This document shows, piece after piece, positions 38,390 through 53,300 of a DNA stretch of 64,000 nt. Within the stretch, counting starts at the first letter, position 1. Each line of letters begins with the position of its first letter. Source of the DNA: Antedon mediterranea (Eukaryota > Animalia > Echinodermata). Position numbers and translations under genes: made by a program. Under the pieces are notes generated by a model. It had not been told where the DNA came from, made no database searches, and saw nothing but the letters and a program-made list of their open reading frames with translations. Where the stretch lies: positions 11,881,888 to 11,945,887 of the forward strand of contig NC_092676.1 in NCBI RefSeq assembly GCF_964355755.1, given 5' to 3'.

Positions 38390-41300
38390 TCTATCTCTCT
38401 CTCGCTGATCTATCTCTCTCTCGCTGATCTATCTCTCTCTCGCTGATCTATCTCTCTCTCTCTCTCGCTGATCTATCTCTCTCTCTCTCGCTGATATATC
38501 TCTCTCTCTCGCTGATGTATCTCTCTCTCGCTGATCTATCTCTCTCTCTCGCTGATCTTTCTCTCTCTCGCTGATCTATATCTCTCTCGCTGATCTATCT
38601 CTCTCTCGCTGATCTATCTCTCTCTCGCTGATCTTTCTCTGTCTCGCTGATCTATCTCTCTGTCTCGCTGATGTATCTCTCTCTCTCGCTGATCTATCTC
38701 TCTGTCTCGCTGATGTATCTATCTCTGTCTCGCTGATCTATCTCTTTCTCGTTGATCTATCTCTCTCTCTCTCTCGCTGATATATCTCTGTCTCTCGCTG
38801 ATCTATCTCTGTCTCTCGCTGATCTATCTCTCTCTCTCTCTCTCGCTGATCTATCTCTCTCTCTGTCTCGCTAATCTATCTCTCTCTCGCTGATCTATCT
38901 CTCTCTCGGTGATCTATCTCTCTCTCGCTGATCTATCTCTCTCTGTCGCCGATCTATCTCTCTCTCTCTCTCTCGCTGATGTATCTCTCTCTCGCTGATG
39001 TATCTCTCTCTCGCTGATCTATCTCTCTCTCTCGCTGATGTATCTCTCTCTCGCTGATCTATCTCTCTCTCTCCCCCGCTGATCCATATCTCTCTCGCTG
39101 ATCTATCTCTCTCTCGCTGATCTATCTCTCTCTCGCTAATCTATCTCTCTCGCTGATCTATCTCTCTCTCGTTGATCTATCGCTCTCTCGCTGATCTATC
39201 TCTCTCTCGCTGATCTATCTCTCTCTCGCTGATCTATCTCTCTCTCGCTGATCTATCTCTCTCTCTCTCTCTCTCTCTCGCTGATCTATCTCTCTCTCGC
39301 TGATATATCTCTCTCTCGCTGATCTATCTCTCTCTGGCTGATCTATCTCTCTCTCGCTGATCTATCTCTCTCTCTCTCTCGCTGATCTATCTCTCTCTCT
39401 CTCGCTGATATATCTCTCTCTCTCGCTGATGTATCTCATTCTCGCGCTGATGTATCTCTCTCTCGCTGATGTATCTCTCTCTCGCTTTATCTATCTCTCT
39501 CTCTCGTTGATGTATCTCTCTCTCGTTGATCTATCTCTCTCTCTCGCTGATCTATCTCTCTCTCGCTGATCTATATCTCTCTCGCTGATCTATCTCTCTC
39601 TCGCTGATCTATCTCTCTCTCGCTGATCTATCTCATTCTCGCTGATCTATCTCTCTGTCTCGCTGATGTATCTCTCTCTCTCGCTGATGTATCTCTCTGT
39701 CTCGCTGATGTATCTATCTCTGTCTCGCTGATCTATCTCTTTCTCGCTGATCTATCTCTCTCTCTCTCGCTGATATATCTCTGTCTCTCGCTGATCTATC
39801 TCTGTCTCTCGCTGATCTATCTCTCTCTCTCTCTCTCGCTGATCTATCTCTCTCTCGCTGATCTATCTCTCTCTCTCTGTCTCGCTGATCTATTTCTCTC
39901 TGTCTAGCTGATCTATCTCTCTCTCGATGATCTATCTCTCTCTCTCGCTGATCTATCTCTCTCTGTCGCTGATCTATCTCTCTCTATCTCTCGCTGATGT
40001 ATCTCTCTCTCGCTGATCTATCTCTCTCTCTCGCTGATGTATCTCTCTCTCGCTGATCTATCTCTCTCTCGCTGATCTATCTCTCTCTCGCTGATCTATC
40101 TCTCTCTCGCTGATCTATCCCCCTCTCGCTGATCTATCTCTCTCTCTCTCGCTGATCTATCTCTCTCTCTCGCTGATCTATCTCTCTCTCGCTGATCTAT
40201 CTCTCTCTCGCTGATCTATCTCTCTCTCGCTAATCTATCTCCCTCTCGCTGATCTATCTCTCTCTCGCTGATCTATCTCTCTCTCCCCGATGTATCTCTC
40301 TCTTTCGCTGATCTATCTCCCTCTCGCTGATCTATCTCCCTCTCGCTGATCTATCTCCCTCTCGCTGATCTATTTATCGCTCGCTGATCTATCTCTCGCT
40401 CGCTGATCTATCTCTCTCTCGCTGATCTATCTCTCTCTTGCTGATCTATCTATCTCTCTCGCTGATCTATCTCTCTCGCTGATCCATCTCTCTCTCGCTG
40501 ATCCATCTCTCTCTCGCTAATCTATCTCTCTCTCTCTCTCGCTGATCTATCTCTCTCTCGCTGATCTATATCTCTCTCGCTGATCTATCTCTCTCTCGCT
40601 GATCTATCTCTCTCTCGCTGATCTATCTCTCTCGCTGACCCATCTCTCTCTCTCGCTGATCCATCTCTCTCTCGCTAATCCATCTCTCTCTCGCTGATCC
40701 ATCTCTCTCTCGCTGATCTATCTCTCTCTCTCCCCCGCTGATCCATATCTCTCTCGCTGATCTATCTCTCTCTCGCTGATCTATCTCTCTCTCGCTAATC
40801 TATCTCTCTCGCTGATCTATCTCTCTCTCGTTGATCTATCGCTCTCTCGCTGATCTATCTCTCTCTCGCTGATCTATCTCTCTCTCGCTGATCTATCTCT
40901 CTCTCGCTGATCTATCTCTCTCTCTCTCTCTCTCTCGCTGATCTATCTCTCTCTCGCTGATCTATCTCTCTCTCGCTGATCTATCTCTCTCTCGCTGATC
41001 TATCTCTCTCTCTCGCTGATCTATCTCTCTCTCTCTCGCTGATATATCTTTCTCTCTCGCTGATGTATCTCTCTCTCGCGCTGATGTATCTCTCTCTCGC
41101 TGATGTATCTCTCTCTCGCTGATCTATCTCTCTCTCTCGCTGATGTATCTCTCTCTCGCTGATCTATCTCTCTCTCTCGCTGATCTATCTCTCTCTCGCT
41201 GATCTATATCTCTCTCGCTGATCTATCTCTCTCTCGCTGATCTATCTCTCTCTCGCTGATCTATCTCTGTCTCGCTGATCTATCTCTCTGTCTCGCTGAT

Positions 41301-44300
41301 GTATCTCTCTCTCGCTGATGTATCTCTCTGTCTCGCTGATGTATCTATCTCTGTCTCGCTGATCTATCTCTTTCTCGCTGATCTATCTCTCTCTCTCTCG
41401 CTGATATATCTCTGTCTCTCGCTGATCTATCTCTGTCTCTCGCTGATCTATCTCTCTCTCTCTCTCGCTGATCTATCTCTCTCTCTCTGTCTCGCTGATC
41501 TATTTCTCTCTGTCTAGCTGATCTATCTCTCTCTCGGTGATCTATCTCTCTCTCTCGCTGATCTATCTCTCTCTGTCGCTGATCTATCTCTTTCTCTCTC
41601 TCGCTGATGTATCTCTCTCTCGCTGATCTATCTCTCTCTCTCGCTGATGTATCTCTCTCTCGCTGATCTATCTCTCTCTCGCTGATCTATCTCTCTCTCG
41701 CTGATCTATCTCTCTCTCGCTGATCTATCCCCCTCTCGCTGATCTATCTCTCTCTCTCGCTGATCTATCTCTCTCTCTCTCGCTGATCTATCTTTCTCTC
41801 GCTGATCTATCTCTCTCTCTCGCTGATCTATCTCTCTCTCGCTGATCTATCTCCCTCTCGCTGATCTAACTCTCTCTCGCTGATCTATCTCTCTCTCCCC
41901 GATGTATCTCTCTCTCTCTCGCTGATCTATCTCCCTCTCGCTGATCTATCTCCCTCTCGCTGATCTATCTCCCTCTCGCTGAACTATTTATCGCTCGCTG
42001 ATCTATCTCTCGCTGGCTGATCTATCTCTCTCTCGCTGATCTATCTCTCTCTTGCTGATCTATCTATCTCTCTCGGTGATCTATCTCTCTCGCTGATCTA
42101 TCTCTCTCTCGCTTATCTATCTCTCTCTCTCGCTGATCTATCTCTCTCTCTCTCGCTGATCTATCTCTCTCTCGCTGATCTATCTCTCTCTCGCTGATCT
42201 ATCTCTCTCTCGCTGATCTATCTCTCTCGCTGATCCATCTCTCTCTCGCTTATCCATCTCTCTCTCGCTAATCCATCTCTCTCTCGCTGATCCATCTCTC
42301 TCTTTCGCTGATCCATCTCTCTCTCGCTGATCCATCTCTCTCTCGCTGATCCATCTCTCTCTCGCTTATCCATATCTCTCTCGCTGATCTATCTCTCTCT
42401 CGCTGATCTATCTCTCTCTCGCTAATCTATCTCTCTCGCTGATCTATCTCTCTCTCGTTGATCTATCGCTCTCTCGCTGATCTATCTCTCTCTCGCTGAT
42501 CTATCTCTCTCTCGCTGATCTATCTCTCTCTCGCTGATGTATCTCTCTCTCTCGCTGATCTATCTCCCTCTCGCTTATCTATCTCCCTCTCGCTGATCTA
42601 TCTCCCTCTCGCTGATCTATTTCTCGCTCGCTGATCTATCTCTCTCTCGCTGATCTATCTCTCTCTCGCTGATCTACCTCTCTCTCTCGCTGATCTATCT
42701 CTCTCTCGCTGATCTATCTCTCTCTCGCTGATATATCTTTCTCTCGCTGATCTATCTCTCTCTCGCTTATCTATCTCTCACTCTCTCGCTGATCTATCTC
42801 TCTCTCGCTGATGTATCTCTCTCTCTCGCTGATGTATCTCTCCCTCGCTGATGTATCTCTCTCTCGCTGATGTATCTCTCTCTCGCTGATGTATCTCTCT
42901 CTCGCTGAACTATCCCCCTCTCGCTGATCTATCTCTCTCTCTCGATGATCTATCTCTCTCTCGCTGATCTATCTCTCTCTCGCTGATCTATCTCTCTCTG
43001 TCGCTGATCTATCTCTCTCTCTCCCGCTGATGTATCTCTCTCTCGCTGATCTATCTCTCTCTCTCGATGATCTATCTCTCTCTCTCGCTGATCTATCTCT
43101 CTCTCTCTCTCGCTGATCTATCTCTCTCTCTCTCTCTGTCTCGCTGATCTATTTCTCTCTGTCTAGCTGATCTATCTCTCTCTCGGTGATCTATCTCTCT
43201 CTCTCGCTGATCTATCTCTCTCTGTCGCTGATCTATCTCTTTCTCTCTCTCGCTGATGTATCTCTCTCTCGCTGATCTATCTCTCTCTCTCTCGCTGATG
43301 TATCTCTCTCTCGCTGATCTATCTCTCTCTCGCTGATCTATCTCTCTCTCGCTGATCTATCTCTCTCTCGCTGATCTATCCCCCTCTCGCTGATCTATCT
43401 CTCTCTCTCGCTGATCTATCTCTCTCTCTCTCGCTGATCTATCTCTCTCTCGCTGATCTATCTCTCTCTCGCTGATCTATCTCTCTCTCGCTGATCTATC
43501 TCCCTCTCGCTGATCTAACTCTCTCTCTCGCTGATCTATCTCTCTCTCCCCGATGTATCTCTCTCTCTCGCTGATCTATCTCCCTCTCGCTGATCTATCT
43601 CCCTCTCGCTGATCTATCTCCCTCTCGCTGAACTATTTATCGCTCGCTGATCTATCTCTCGCTCGCTGATCTATCTCTCTCTCGCTGATCTATCTCTCTC
43701 TTGCTGATCTATCTATCTCTCTCGGTGATCTATCTCTCTCGCTGATCTATCTCTCTCTCGCTTATCTATCTCTCTCTCTCGCTGATCTATCTCTCTCTCT
43801 CTCGCTGATCTATCTCTCTCTCGCTGATCTATCTCTCTCTCGCTGATCTATCTCTCTCTCGCTGATCTATCTCTCTCGCTGATCCATCTCTCTCTCGCTT
43901 ATCCATCTCTCTCTCGCTAATCCATCTCTCTCTCGCTGATCCATCTCTCTCTCTCGCTGATCCATCTCTCTCTCGCTGATCCATCTCTCTCTCGCTGATC
44001 CATCTCTCTCTCGCTTATCCATATCTCTCTCGCTGATCTATCTCTGTCTCGCTGATCTATCTCTCTCTCGCTAATCTATCTCTCTCGCTGATCTATCTCT
44101 CTCTCGTTGATCTATCGCTCTCTCGCTGATCTATCTCTCTCTCGCTGATCTATCTCTCTCTCGCTGATCTATCTCTCTCTCGCTGATGTATCTCTCTCTC
44201 TCGCTGATCTATCTCCCTCTCGCTTATCTATCTCCCTCTCGCTGATCTATCTCCCTCTCGCTGATCTATTTCTCGCTCGCTGATCTATCTCTCTCTCGCT

Positions 44301-47300
44301 GATCTATCTCTCTCTCGCTGATCTATCTCTCTCTCTCGCTGATCTATCTCTCTCTCGCTGATCTATCTCTCTCTCGCTGATATATCTTTCTCTCGCTGAT
44401 CTATCTCTCTCTCGCTTATCTATCTCTCACTCTCTCGCTGATCTATCTCTCTCTCGCTGATGTATCTCTCTCTCTCGCTGATGTATCTCTCTCTCGCTGA
44501 TGTATCTCTCTCTCTCGCTGATGTATCTCTCTCTCGCTGATGTATCTCTCTCTCGCTGAACTATCCCCCTCTCGCTGATCTATCTCTCTCTCTCGATGAT
44601 CTATCTCTCTCTCGCTGATCTATCTCTCTCTCGCTGATCTATCTCTCTCTGTCGCTGATCTATCTCTCTCTCTCTCGCTGATCTATCTCCCTCTCGCTGA
44701 TCTAACTCTCTCTCGCTGATCTATCTCTCTCTCCCCGATGTATCTCTCTCTCTCGCTGATCTATCTCCCTCTCGCTGATCTATCTCCCTCTCGCTGATCT
44801 ATCTCCCTCTCGCTGAACTATTTATCGCTCGCTGATCTATCTCTCGCTCGCTGATCTATCTCTCTCTCGCTGATCTATCTCTCTCTTGCTGATCTATCTA
44901 TCTCTCTCGGTGATCTATCTCTCTCGCTGATCTATCTCTCTCTCTCGCTTATCTATCTCTCTCTCTCGCTGATCTATCTCTCTCTCTCTCGCTGATCTAT
45001 CTCTCTCTCGCTGATCTATCTCTCTCTCGCTGATCTATCTCTCTCTCGCTGATCTATCTCTCTCGCTGATCCATCTCTCTCTCGCTTATCCATCTCTCTC
45101 TCGCTAATCCATCTCTCTCTCGCTGATCCATCTCTCTCTCTCGCTGATCCATCTCTCTCTCGCTGATCCATCTCTCTCTCGCTGATCCATCTCTCTCTCG
45201 CTTATCCATATCTCTCGCTGATCTATCTCTGTCTCGCTGATCTATCTCTCTCTCGCTAATCTATCTCTCTCGCTGATCTATCTCTCTCTCGTTGATCTAT
45301 CGCTCTCTCGCTGATCTATCTCTCTCTCGCTGATCTATCTCTCTCTCGCTGATCTATCTCTATCTCGCTGATGTATCTCTCTCTCTCGCTGATCTATCTC
45401 CCTCTCGCTTATCTATCTCCCTCTCGCTGATCTATCTCCCTCTCGCTGATCTATTTCTCGCTCGCTGATCTATCTCTCTCTCGCTGATCTATCTCTCTCT
45501 CGCTGATCTATCTCTCTCTCTCGCTGATCTATCTCTCTCTCGCTGATCTATCTCTCTCTCGCTGATATATCTTTCTCTCGCTGATCTATCTCTCTCTCGC
45601 TTATCTATCTCTCACTCTCTCGCTGATCTATCTCTCTCTCGCTGATGTATCTCTCTCTCTCGCTGATGTATCTCTCTCTCGCTGATGTATCTCTCTCTCG
45701 CTGATGTATCTCTCTCTCGCTGATGTATCTCTCTCTCGCTGAACTATCCCCCTCTCGCTGATCTATCTCTCTCTCTCGATGATCTATCTCTCTCTCGCTG
45801 ATCTATCTCTCTCTCGCTGATCTATCTCTCTCTCTGTCGCTGATCTATCTCTCTCTCTCCCGCTGATGTATCTCTCTCTCGCTGATCTATCTCTCTCTCT
45901 CGATGATCTATCTCTCTCTCTCGCTGATCTATCTCTCTCTCGCTGATCTATCTCTCTCTGTCGCTGATCTATCTCTCTCTCTCCCGCTGATGTATCTCTC
46001 TCTCGCTGATCTATCTCTCTCTCGCTGATCTATCTCTCTCTCTCGCTGATGTATCTCTCTCTCGCTGATCTATCTCTCTCTCGCTGATCTATCTCTCTCT
46101 CGCTTATCTATCTCTCTCTCGCTGATCTATCTCTCTCTCGCTGATGTATCTCTCTCTCTCGCTGATGTATCTCTCTCTCTCGCTGATCTATCTCCCTCTC
46201 GCTGATCTATCTCCCTCTCGCTGATCTATCTCTCTCTCGCTGTTCTATCTCTCTCTCGCTGATGTATCTCTCTCTCGCTGAACTATCCCCCTCTCGCCGA
46301 TCTATTTCTCTCTCTCTCTCGATGATCTATCTCTCTCTCGCTGATCTATCTCTCTCTCGCTGATCTATCTCTCTTTCGCTGATCTATCTCTCTCTCGCTG
46401 ATCTATCTCTCTCTCTCGCTGATCTATCTCTCTCTCGCTGATCTATCTCTCTCTCGCTGATATATCTTTCTCTCGCTGATCTATCTCTCTCTCGCTTATC
46501 TATCTCTCTCTCTCTCTCTCGCTGATCTATCTCTCTCTCTCTCGCTGATCTATCTCTCTCTCGCTGATGTATCTCTCTCTCGCTGATGTATCTCTCTCTC
46601 GCTGATGAATCTCTCTCTCGCTGATCTATCTCTCTCTCGCTGATCTATCTCTGTCTCGCTGATCTATCTCTCTGTCTCGCTGATGTATCTTTCTTTCTCG
46701 CTGATCTATCTCTCTGTCTCGCTGATGTATCTCTCTCTCTCGCTGATCTATCTCTCTCTCTCTCGCTGATGTATCTATCTCTGTCTCGCTGATCTATCTC
46801 TTTCTCGCTGATCTATCTCTCTCTCTCTCGCGCTGATGTATCTCTGTCTCTCGCTGATCTATCTCTGTCTCTCGCTGATCTATCTCACTCTCGCCGATCT
46901 ATCTCTCTCTCTCTCGCCGATCTATCTCTGTCTCGCTGATCTATCTCTCTGTCTCGCTGATGTATCTCTCTCTCTCTCTCGCTTATCTATCTCTCTCTCG
47001 CTGACGTATCTCTATATCTCGCTGATGTATCTCTATCTCGATGATCTATCTCCCTCTCGCTGATCTATCTCCCTCTCGCTGATCTATCTCCCTCTCGCTG
47101 ATCTATTTCTCGCTCGCTGATCTATCTCTCGCTCGCTGATCTATATCTCTCTCGCTGATCTATCTCTCTCTCGCTGATCTATCTCTCTCTCGCTGATCTA
47201 TCTCTCTCTCGCTGATCTATCTCTCTCTCGCTGATCTATCTCTCTCTCGCTGATCTATCTCTCTCTCGCTGATCTATCTCTCTCTCTCTCGCTGATCTAT

Positions 47301-50300
47301 CTCTCTCTCGCTGATGTATCTCTCTCTCGCTGATGTATCTCTCTCTCGCTGATGTATCTCTCTCTCGCTGATGTATCTCTCTCTCGCTGAACTATCCCCC
47401 TCTCGCTGATCTATCTCTCTCTCTCGATGATCTATCTCTCTCTCGCTGATCTATCTCTCTCTCGCTGATCTATCTCTCTCTGTCGCTGATCTATCTCTCT
47501 CTCTCCCGCTGATGTATCTCTCTCTCGCTGATCTATATCTCTCTCGCTGATCTATCTCTCTCTCTCGCTGATGTATCTCTCTCTCGCTGATCTATCTCTC
47601 TCTCGCTGATCTATCTCTCTCTCGCTGATCTATCTCTCTCTCGCTGATCTATCTCTCTCTCTCGCTGATCTATCTCTCTCTCGCTGATCTATCTCTCTCT
47701 CGCTGATCTATCTCTCTCTCGCTGATCTATCTCTCTCTCGCTGATCTATCTCCCTCTCGCTGATCTATCTCTCTCTCGCTGATGTATCTCTCTCTCTCGC
47801 TGATGTATCTCTCTCTCTCGCTGATCTATCTCCCTCTCGCTGATCTATCTCCCTCTCGCTGATCTATCTCTCTCTCGCTGATCTATCTCTCTCTCGCTGA
47901 TGTATCTCTCTCTCGCTGAACTATCCCCCTCTCGCCGATCTATCTCTCTCTCTCTCGATGATCTATCTCTCTCTCGCTGATCTATCTTTCTCTCGCTGAT
48001 CTATCTCTCTCTCGCTGATCTATCTCTCTCTCGCCGATCTATTTCTCTCTCTCTCTCGATGATCTCACTCTCTCTCGCTGATCTATCTCTCTCTCGCTGA
48101 TCTATCTCTCTCTCGCTGATCTATCTCTCTCTCGCTGATCTATCTCTCTCTCTCGCTGATCTATCTCTCTCTCGCTGATCTATCTCTCTCTCGCTGATAT
48201 ATCTTTCTCTCGCTGATCTATCTCTCTCTCGCTTATCTATCTCTCTCTCTCTCTCGCTGATCTATCTCTCTCTCGCTGATGTATCTCTCTCTCTCGCTGA
48301 TGTATCTCTCTCTCGCTGATGTATCTCTCTCTCGCTGATGAATCTCTCTCTCGCTGATCTATCTCTCTCTCGCTGATCTATCTCTGTCTCGCTGATCTAT
48401 CTCTCTGTCTCGCTGATGTATCTCTCTTTCTCGCTGATCTATCTCTCTGTCTCGCTGATGTATCTCTCTCTCTCGCTGATCTATCTCTCTCTCTCTCGCT
48501 GAAGTATCTATCTCTGTCTCGCTGATCTATCTCTTTCTCGCTGATCTATCTCTCTCTCTCGCGCTGATGTATCTCTGTCTCTCGCTGATCTATCTCTGTC
48601 TCTCGCTAATCTATCTCACTCTCGCCGATCTATCTCTCTCTCTCTCGCCGATCTATCTCTGTCTCGCTGATCTATCTCTCTGTCTCGCTGATGTATCTCT
48701 CTCTCTCTCTCGTTTATCTATCTCTCTCTCGCTGACGTATCTCTATATCTCGCTGATGTATCTCTATCTCGATGATCTATCTCCCTCTCGCTGATCTATC
48801 TCCCTCTCGCTGATCTATCTCCCTCTCGCTGATCTATTTCTCGCTCGCTGATCTATCTCTCGCTCGCTGATCTATCTCTCTCTCGCTGATCTATCTCTCT
48901 CTCGCTGATCTATCTCTCTCTCGCTGATCTATCTCTCTCTCGCTGATCTATCTCTCTCTCGCTGATCTATCTCTCTCTCGCTGATCTATCTCTCTCTCTC
49001 GCTGATCTATCTCTCTCTCTCTCGCTGATCTATCTCTCTCTCGCTGATATATCTCTCTCTCGCTGATGTATCTCTCTCTCGCTGATGTATCTCTCTCTCG
49101 CTGATGTATCTCTCTCTCGCTGAACTATCCCCCTCTCGCTGATCTATCTCTCTCTCTCGATGATCTATCTCTCTCTCGCTGATCTATCTCTCTCTCGCTG
49201 ATCTATCTCTCTCTGTCGCTGATCTATCTCTCTCTCTCCCGCTGATGTATCTCTCTCTCGCTGATCTATATCTCTCTCGCTGATCTATCTCTCTCTCTCG
49301 CTGATGTATCTCTCTCTCTCGCTGATCTATCTCTCTCTCGCTGATCTATCTCTCTCTCGCTGATCTATCTCTCTCTCGCTGATCTATCTCTCTCTCGCTG
49401 ATCTATCTCTCTCTCTCGCTGATCTATCTCTCTCTCGCTGATCTATCTCTCTCTCGCTGATCTATCTCTCTCTCGCTGATCTATCTCTCTCTCGCTGATC
49501 TATCTCCCTCTCGCTGATCTATCTCTCTCTCGCTGATGTATCTCTCTCTCTCGCTGATGTATCTCTCTTTCTCGCTGATCTATCTCCCTCTCGCTGATCT
49601 ATCTCCCTCTCGCTGATCTATCTCTCTCTCGCTGATCTATCTCTCTCTCGCTGATGTATCTCTCTCTCGCTGAACTATCCCCCTCTCGCCGATCTATCTC
49701 TCTCTCTCTCTCTCGATGATCTATCTCTCTCTCGCTGATCTATCTCTCTCTCGCTGATCTATCTCTCTCTCGCTGATCTATCTCTCTCGCTGATCTATCT
49801 CTCTCTCTCGCTGGTCTATCTCTCTCTCGCTGATCTATCTCTCTCTCACTGATATATCTTTCTCTCGCTGATCTATCTCTCTCTCGCTTATCTATCTCTC
49901 ACTCTCTCGCTGATCTATCTCTCTCTCGCTGATGTATCTCTCTCTCTCGCTGATGTATCTCTCTCTCGCTGATGTATCTCTCTCTCGCTGATGAATCTCT
50001 CTCTCGCTGATCTATCTCTTTCTCGTTGATCTATCTCTGTCTCGCTGATCTATCTCTCTGTCTCGCTGATGTATCTCTCTTTCTCGCTGATCTATCTCTC
50101 TGTCTCGCTGATGTATCTCTCTCTCTCTCGCTGATCTATCTCTCTCTCTCGCTTATGTATCTATCTCTGTCTCGCTGATCTATCTCTTTCTCGCTGATCT
50201 ATCTCTCTCTCTCGCGCTGATGTATCTCTGTCTCTCGCTGATCTATCTCTGTCTCTCGCTGATCTATCTCACTCTCGCCGATCTATCTCCCTCTCGCTGA

Positions 50301-53300
50301 TCTATCTCTCTCTCGCTGATGTATCTCTCTCTCTCGCTGATCTATCTCCCTCTCGCTGATCTATCTCCCTCTCGCTGATCTATCTCTCTCTCGCTGATCT
50401 ATCTCTCTCTCGCTGATGTATCTCTCTCTCGCTGAACTATCCCCCTCTCGCCGATCTATCTCTCTCTCTCTCTCGATGATCTATCTCTCTCTTGCTGATC
50501 TATCTCTCTCTCGCTGATCTATCTCTCTCTCGCTGATCTATCTCTCTCTCGCTGATCTATCTCTCTCTCTCGCTGATCTATCTCTCTCTCGCTGATCTAT
50601 CTCTCTCTCGCTGATATATCTTTCTCTCGCTGATCTATCTCTCTCTCGCTTATCTATCTCTCTCTCTCTCGCTGATCTATCTCTCTCTCGCTGATCTATC
50701 TCTCTCTCGCTGATCTATCTCCCTCTCGCTGATCTATCTCTCTCTCGCTGATGTATCTCTCTCTCTCGCTGATGTATCTCTCTTTCTCGCTGATCTATCT
50801 CCCTCTCGCTGATCTATCTCCCTCTCGCTGATCTATCTCTCTCTCGCTGATCTATCTCTCTCTCGCTGATGTATCTCTCTCTCGCTGAACTATCCCCCTC
50901 TCGCCGATCTATCTCTCTCTCTCTCTCTCTCTCTCGATGATCTATCTCTCTCTCGCTGATCTATCTCTCTCTCGCTGATCTATCTCTCTCGCTGATCTAT
51001 CTCTTTCTCTCGCTGGTCTATCTCTCTCTCGCTGATCTATCTCTCTCTCACTGATATATCTTTCTCTCGCTGATCTATCTCTCTCTCGCTTATCTATCTC
51101 TCACTCTCTCGCTGATCTATCTCTCTCTCGCTGATGTATCTCTCTCTCTCGCTGATGTATCTCTCTCTCGCTGATGTATCTCTCTCTCGCTGATGAATCT
51201 CTCTCTCGCTGATCTATCTCTTTCTCGTTGATCTATCTCTGTCTCGCTGATCTATCTCTCTGTCTCGCTGATGTATCTCTCTTTCTCGCTGATCTATCTC
51301 TCTGTCTCGCTGATGTATCTCTCTCTCTCTCGCTGATCTATCTCTCTCTCTCGCTTATGTATCTATCTCTGTCTCGCTGATCTATCTCTTTCTCGCTGAT
51401 CTATCTCTCTCTCTCGCGCTGATGTATCTCTGTCTCTCGCTGATCTATCTCTGTCTCTCGCTGATCTATCTCACTCTCGCCGATCTATCTCCCTCTCGCT
51501 GATCTATCTCTCTCTCGCTGATGTATCTCTCTCTCTCGCTGATCTATCTCCCTCTCGCTGATCTATCTCCCTCTCGCTGATCTATCTCTCTCTCGCTGAT
51601 CTATCTCTCTCTCGCTGATGTATCTCTCTCTCGCTGAACTATCCCCCTCTCGCCGATCTATCTCTCTCTCTCTCTCGATGATCTATCTCTCTCTTGCTGA
51701 TCTATCTCTCTCTCGCTGATCTATCTCTCTCTCGCTGATCTATCTCTCTCTCGCTGATCTATCTCTCTCTCTCGCTGATCTATCTCTCTCTCGCTGATCT
51801 ATCTCTCTCTCGCTGATATATCTTTCTCTCGCTGATCTATCTCTCTCTCGCTTATCTATCTCTCTCTCTCTCGCTGATCTATCTCTCTCTCGCTGATGTA
51901 TCTCTCTCTCTCGCTGATGTATCTCTCTCTCGCTGATGTATCTCTCTCTCGCTGATGAATCTCTCTCTCGCTGATCTATCTCTCTCTCGCTGATCTATCT
52001 CTGTCTCGCTGATCTATCTCTCTGTCTCGCTGATGTATCTCTCTTTCTCGCTGATCTATCTCTCTGTCTCGCTGATGTATCTCTCTCTCTCGCTGATCTA
52101 TCTCTCTCTCTCGCTGATGTATCTATCTCTGTCTCGCTGATCTATCTCTTTCTCGCTGATCTATCTCTCTCTCTCGCGCTGATGTATCTCTGTCTCTCGC
52201 TGATCTATCTCTGTCTCTCGCTGATCTATCTCACTCTCGCCGATCTATCTCTCTCTCTCTCGCCGATCTATCTCTGTCTCGCTGATCTATCTCTCTGTCT
52301 CGCTGATGTATCTCTCTCTCTCTCTCGCTTATATATCTCTCTCTCGCTGACGTATCTCTATCTCTCGCTGATGTATCTCTATCTCGATGATCTATCTCCC
52401 TCTCGCTGATCTATCTCTCTCACTGATCTATCTCTCTCTCGCTGATCTATCTCTCTCTCTCGCTGATCAATCACTCTCTCGCTGATGTATCTCTCTCTCG
52501 CTGACCTATCTCTCTCTCGCTGATCTATCTCTCTGTCTCGCTGATGTATCTCTCTCTCTCGCTGATCTATCTCTCTCTCCCCGATCTATCTCTCTCTCTC
52601 GCTGATCTATCTCTCTCTCTCTAGCTGATCTATCTCTCTCTCTCGCTGATGTATCTCTCTCTCTCTCGCTGATGTATGTCTCTCTCGCTGATGTATCTCT
52701 CTCTCTCTCTCGCTGATCTATCTCTCTCTCGCTGATCTATCTCTCTCTTGCTGATCTATCTCTCTCTCGCTGATCTATCTATCTCTCGCTGATCTATCTC
52801 TCTCTCTCGCTGATCTATCTCTCTCTCTCTCTCGCTGATATATCTCTCTCTCTCGCTGATGTATCTCTCTCTCGCGCTGATGTATCTCTCTCTCGCTGAT
52901 ATATCTCTCTCTCGCTGATCTATCTCTCTCTCTCGCTGATCTATCTCTCTCTCGCTGATCTATATCTCTCTCGCTGATCTATCTCTCTCTCGCTGATCTA
53001 TCTCTCTCTCGCTGATCTATCTCTGTCTCGCTGATCTATCTCTCTGTCTCGCTGATGTATCTCTCTCTCGCTGATCTATCTCTCTGTCTCGCTGATGTAT
53101 CTATCTCTGTCTCGCTGATCTATCTCTTTCTCGCTGTTCTATCTCTCTCTCTCGCTGATATATCTCTGTCTCTCGCTGATCTATCTCTGTCTCTCGCTGA
53201 TGTATCTCTCTCTCTCGCTGATCTATCTCCCTCTCGCTGATCTATCTCCCTCTCGCTGATCTATCTCCCTCTCGCTGATCTATTTCTCGCTCGCTGATCT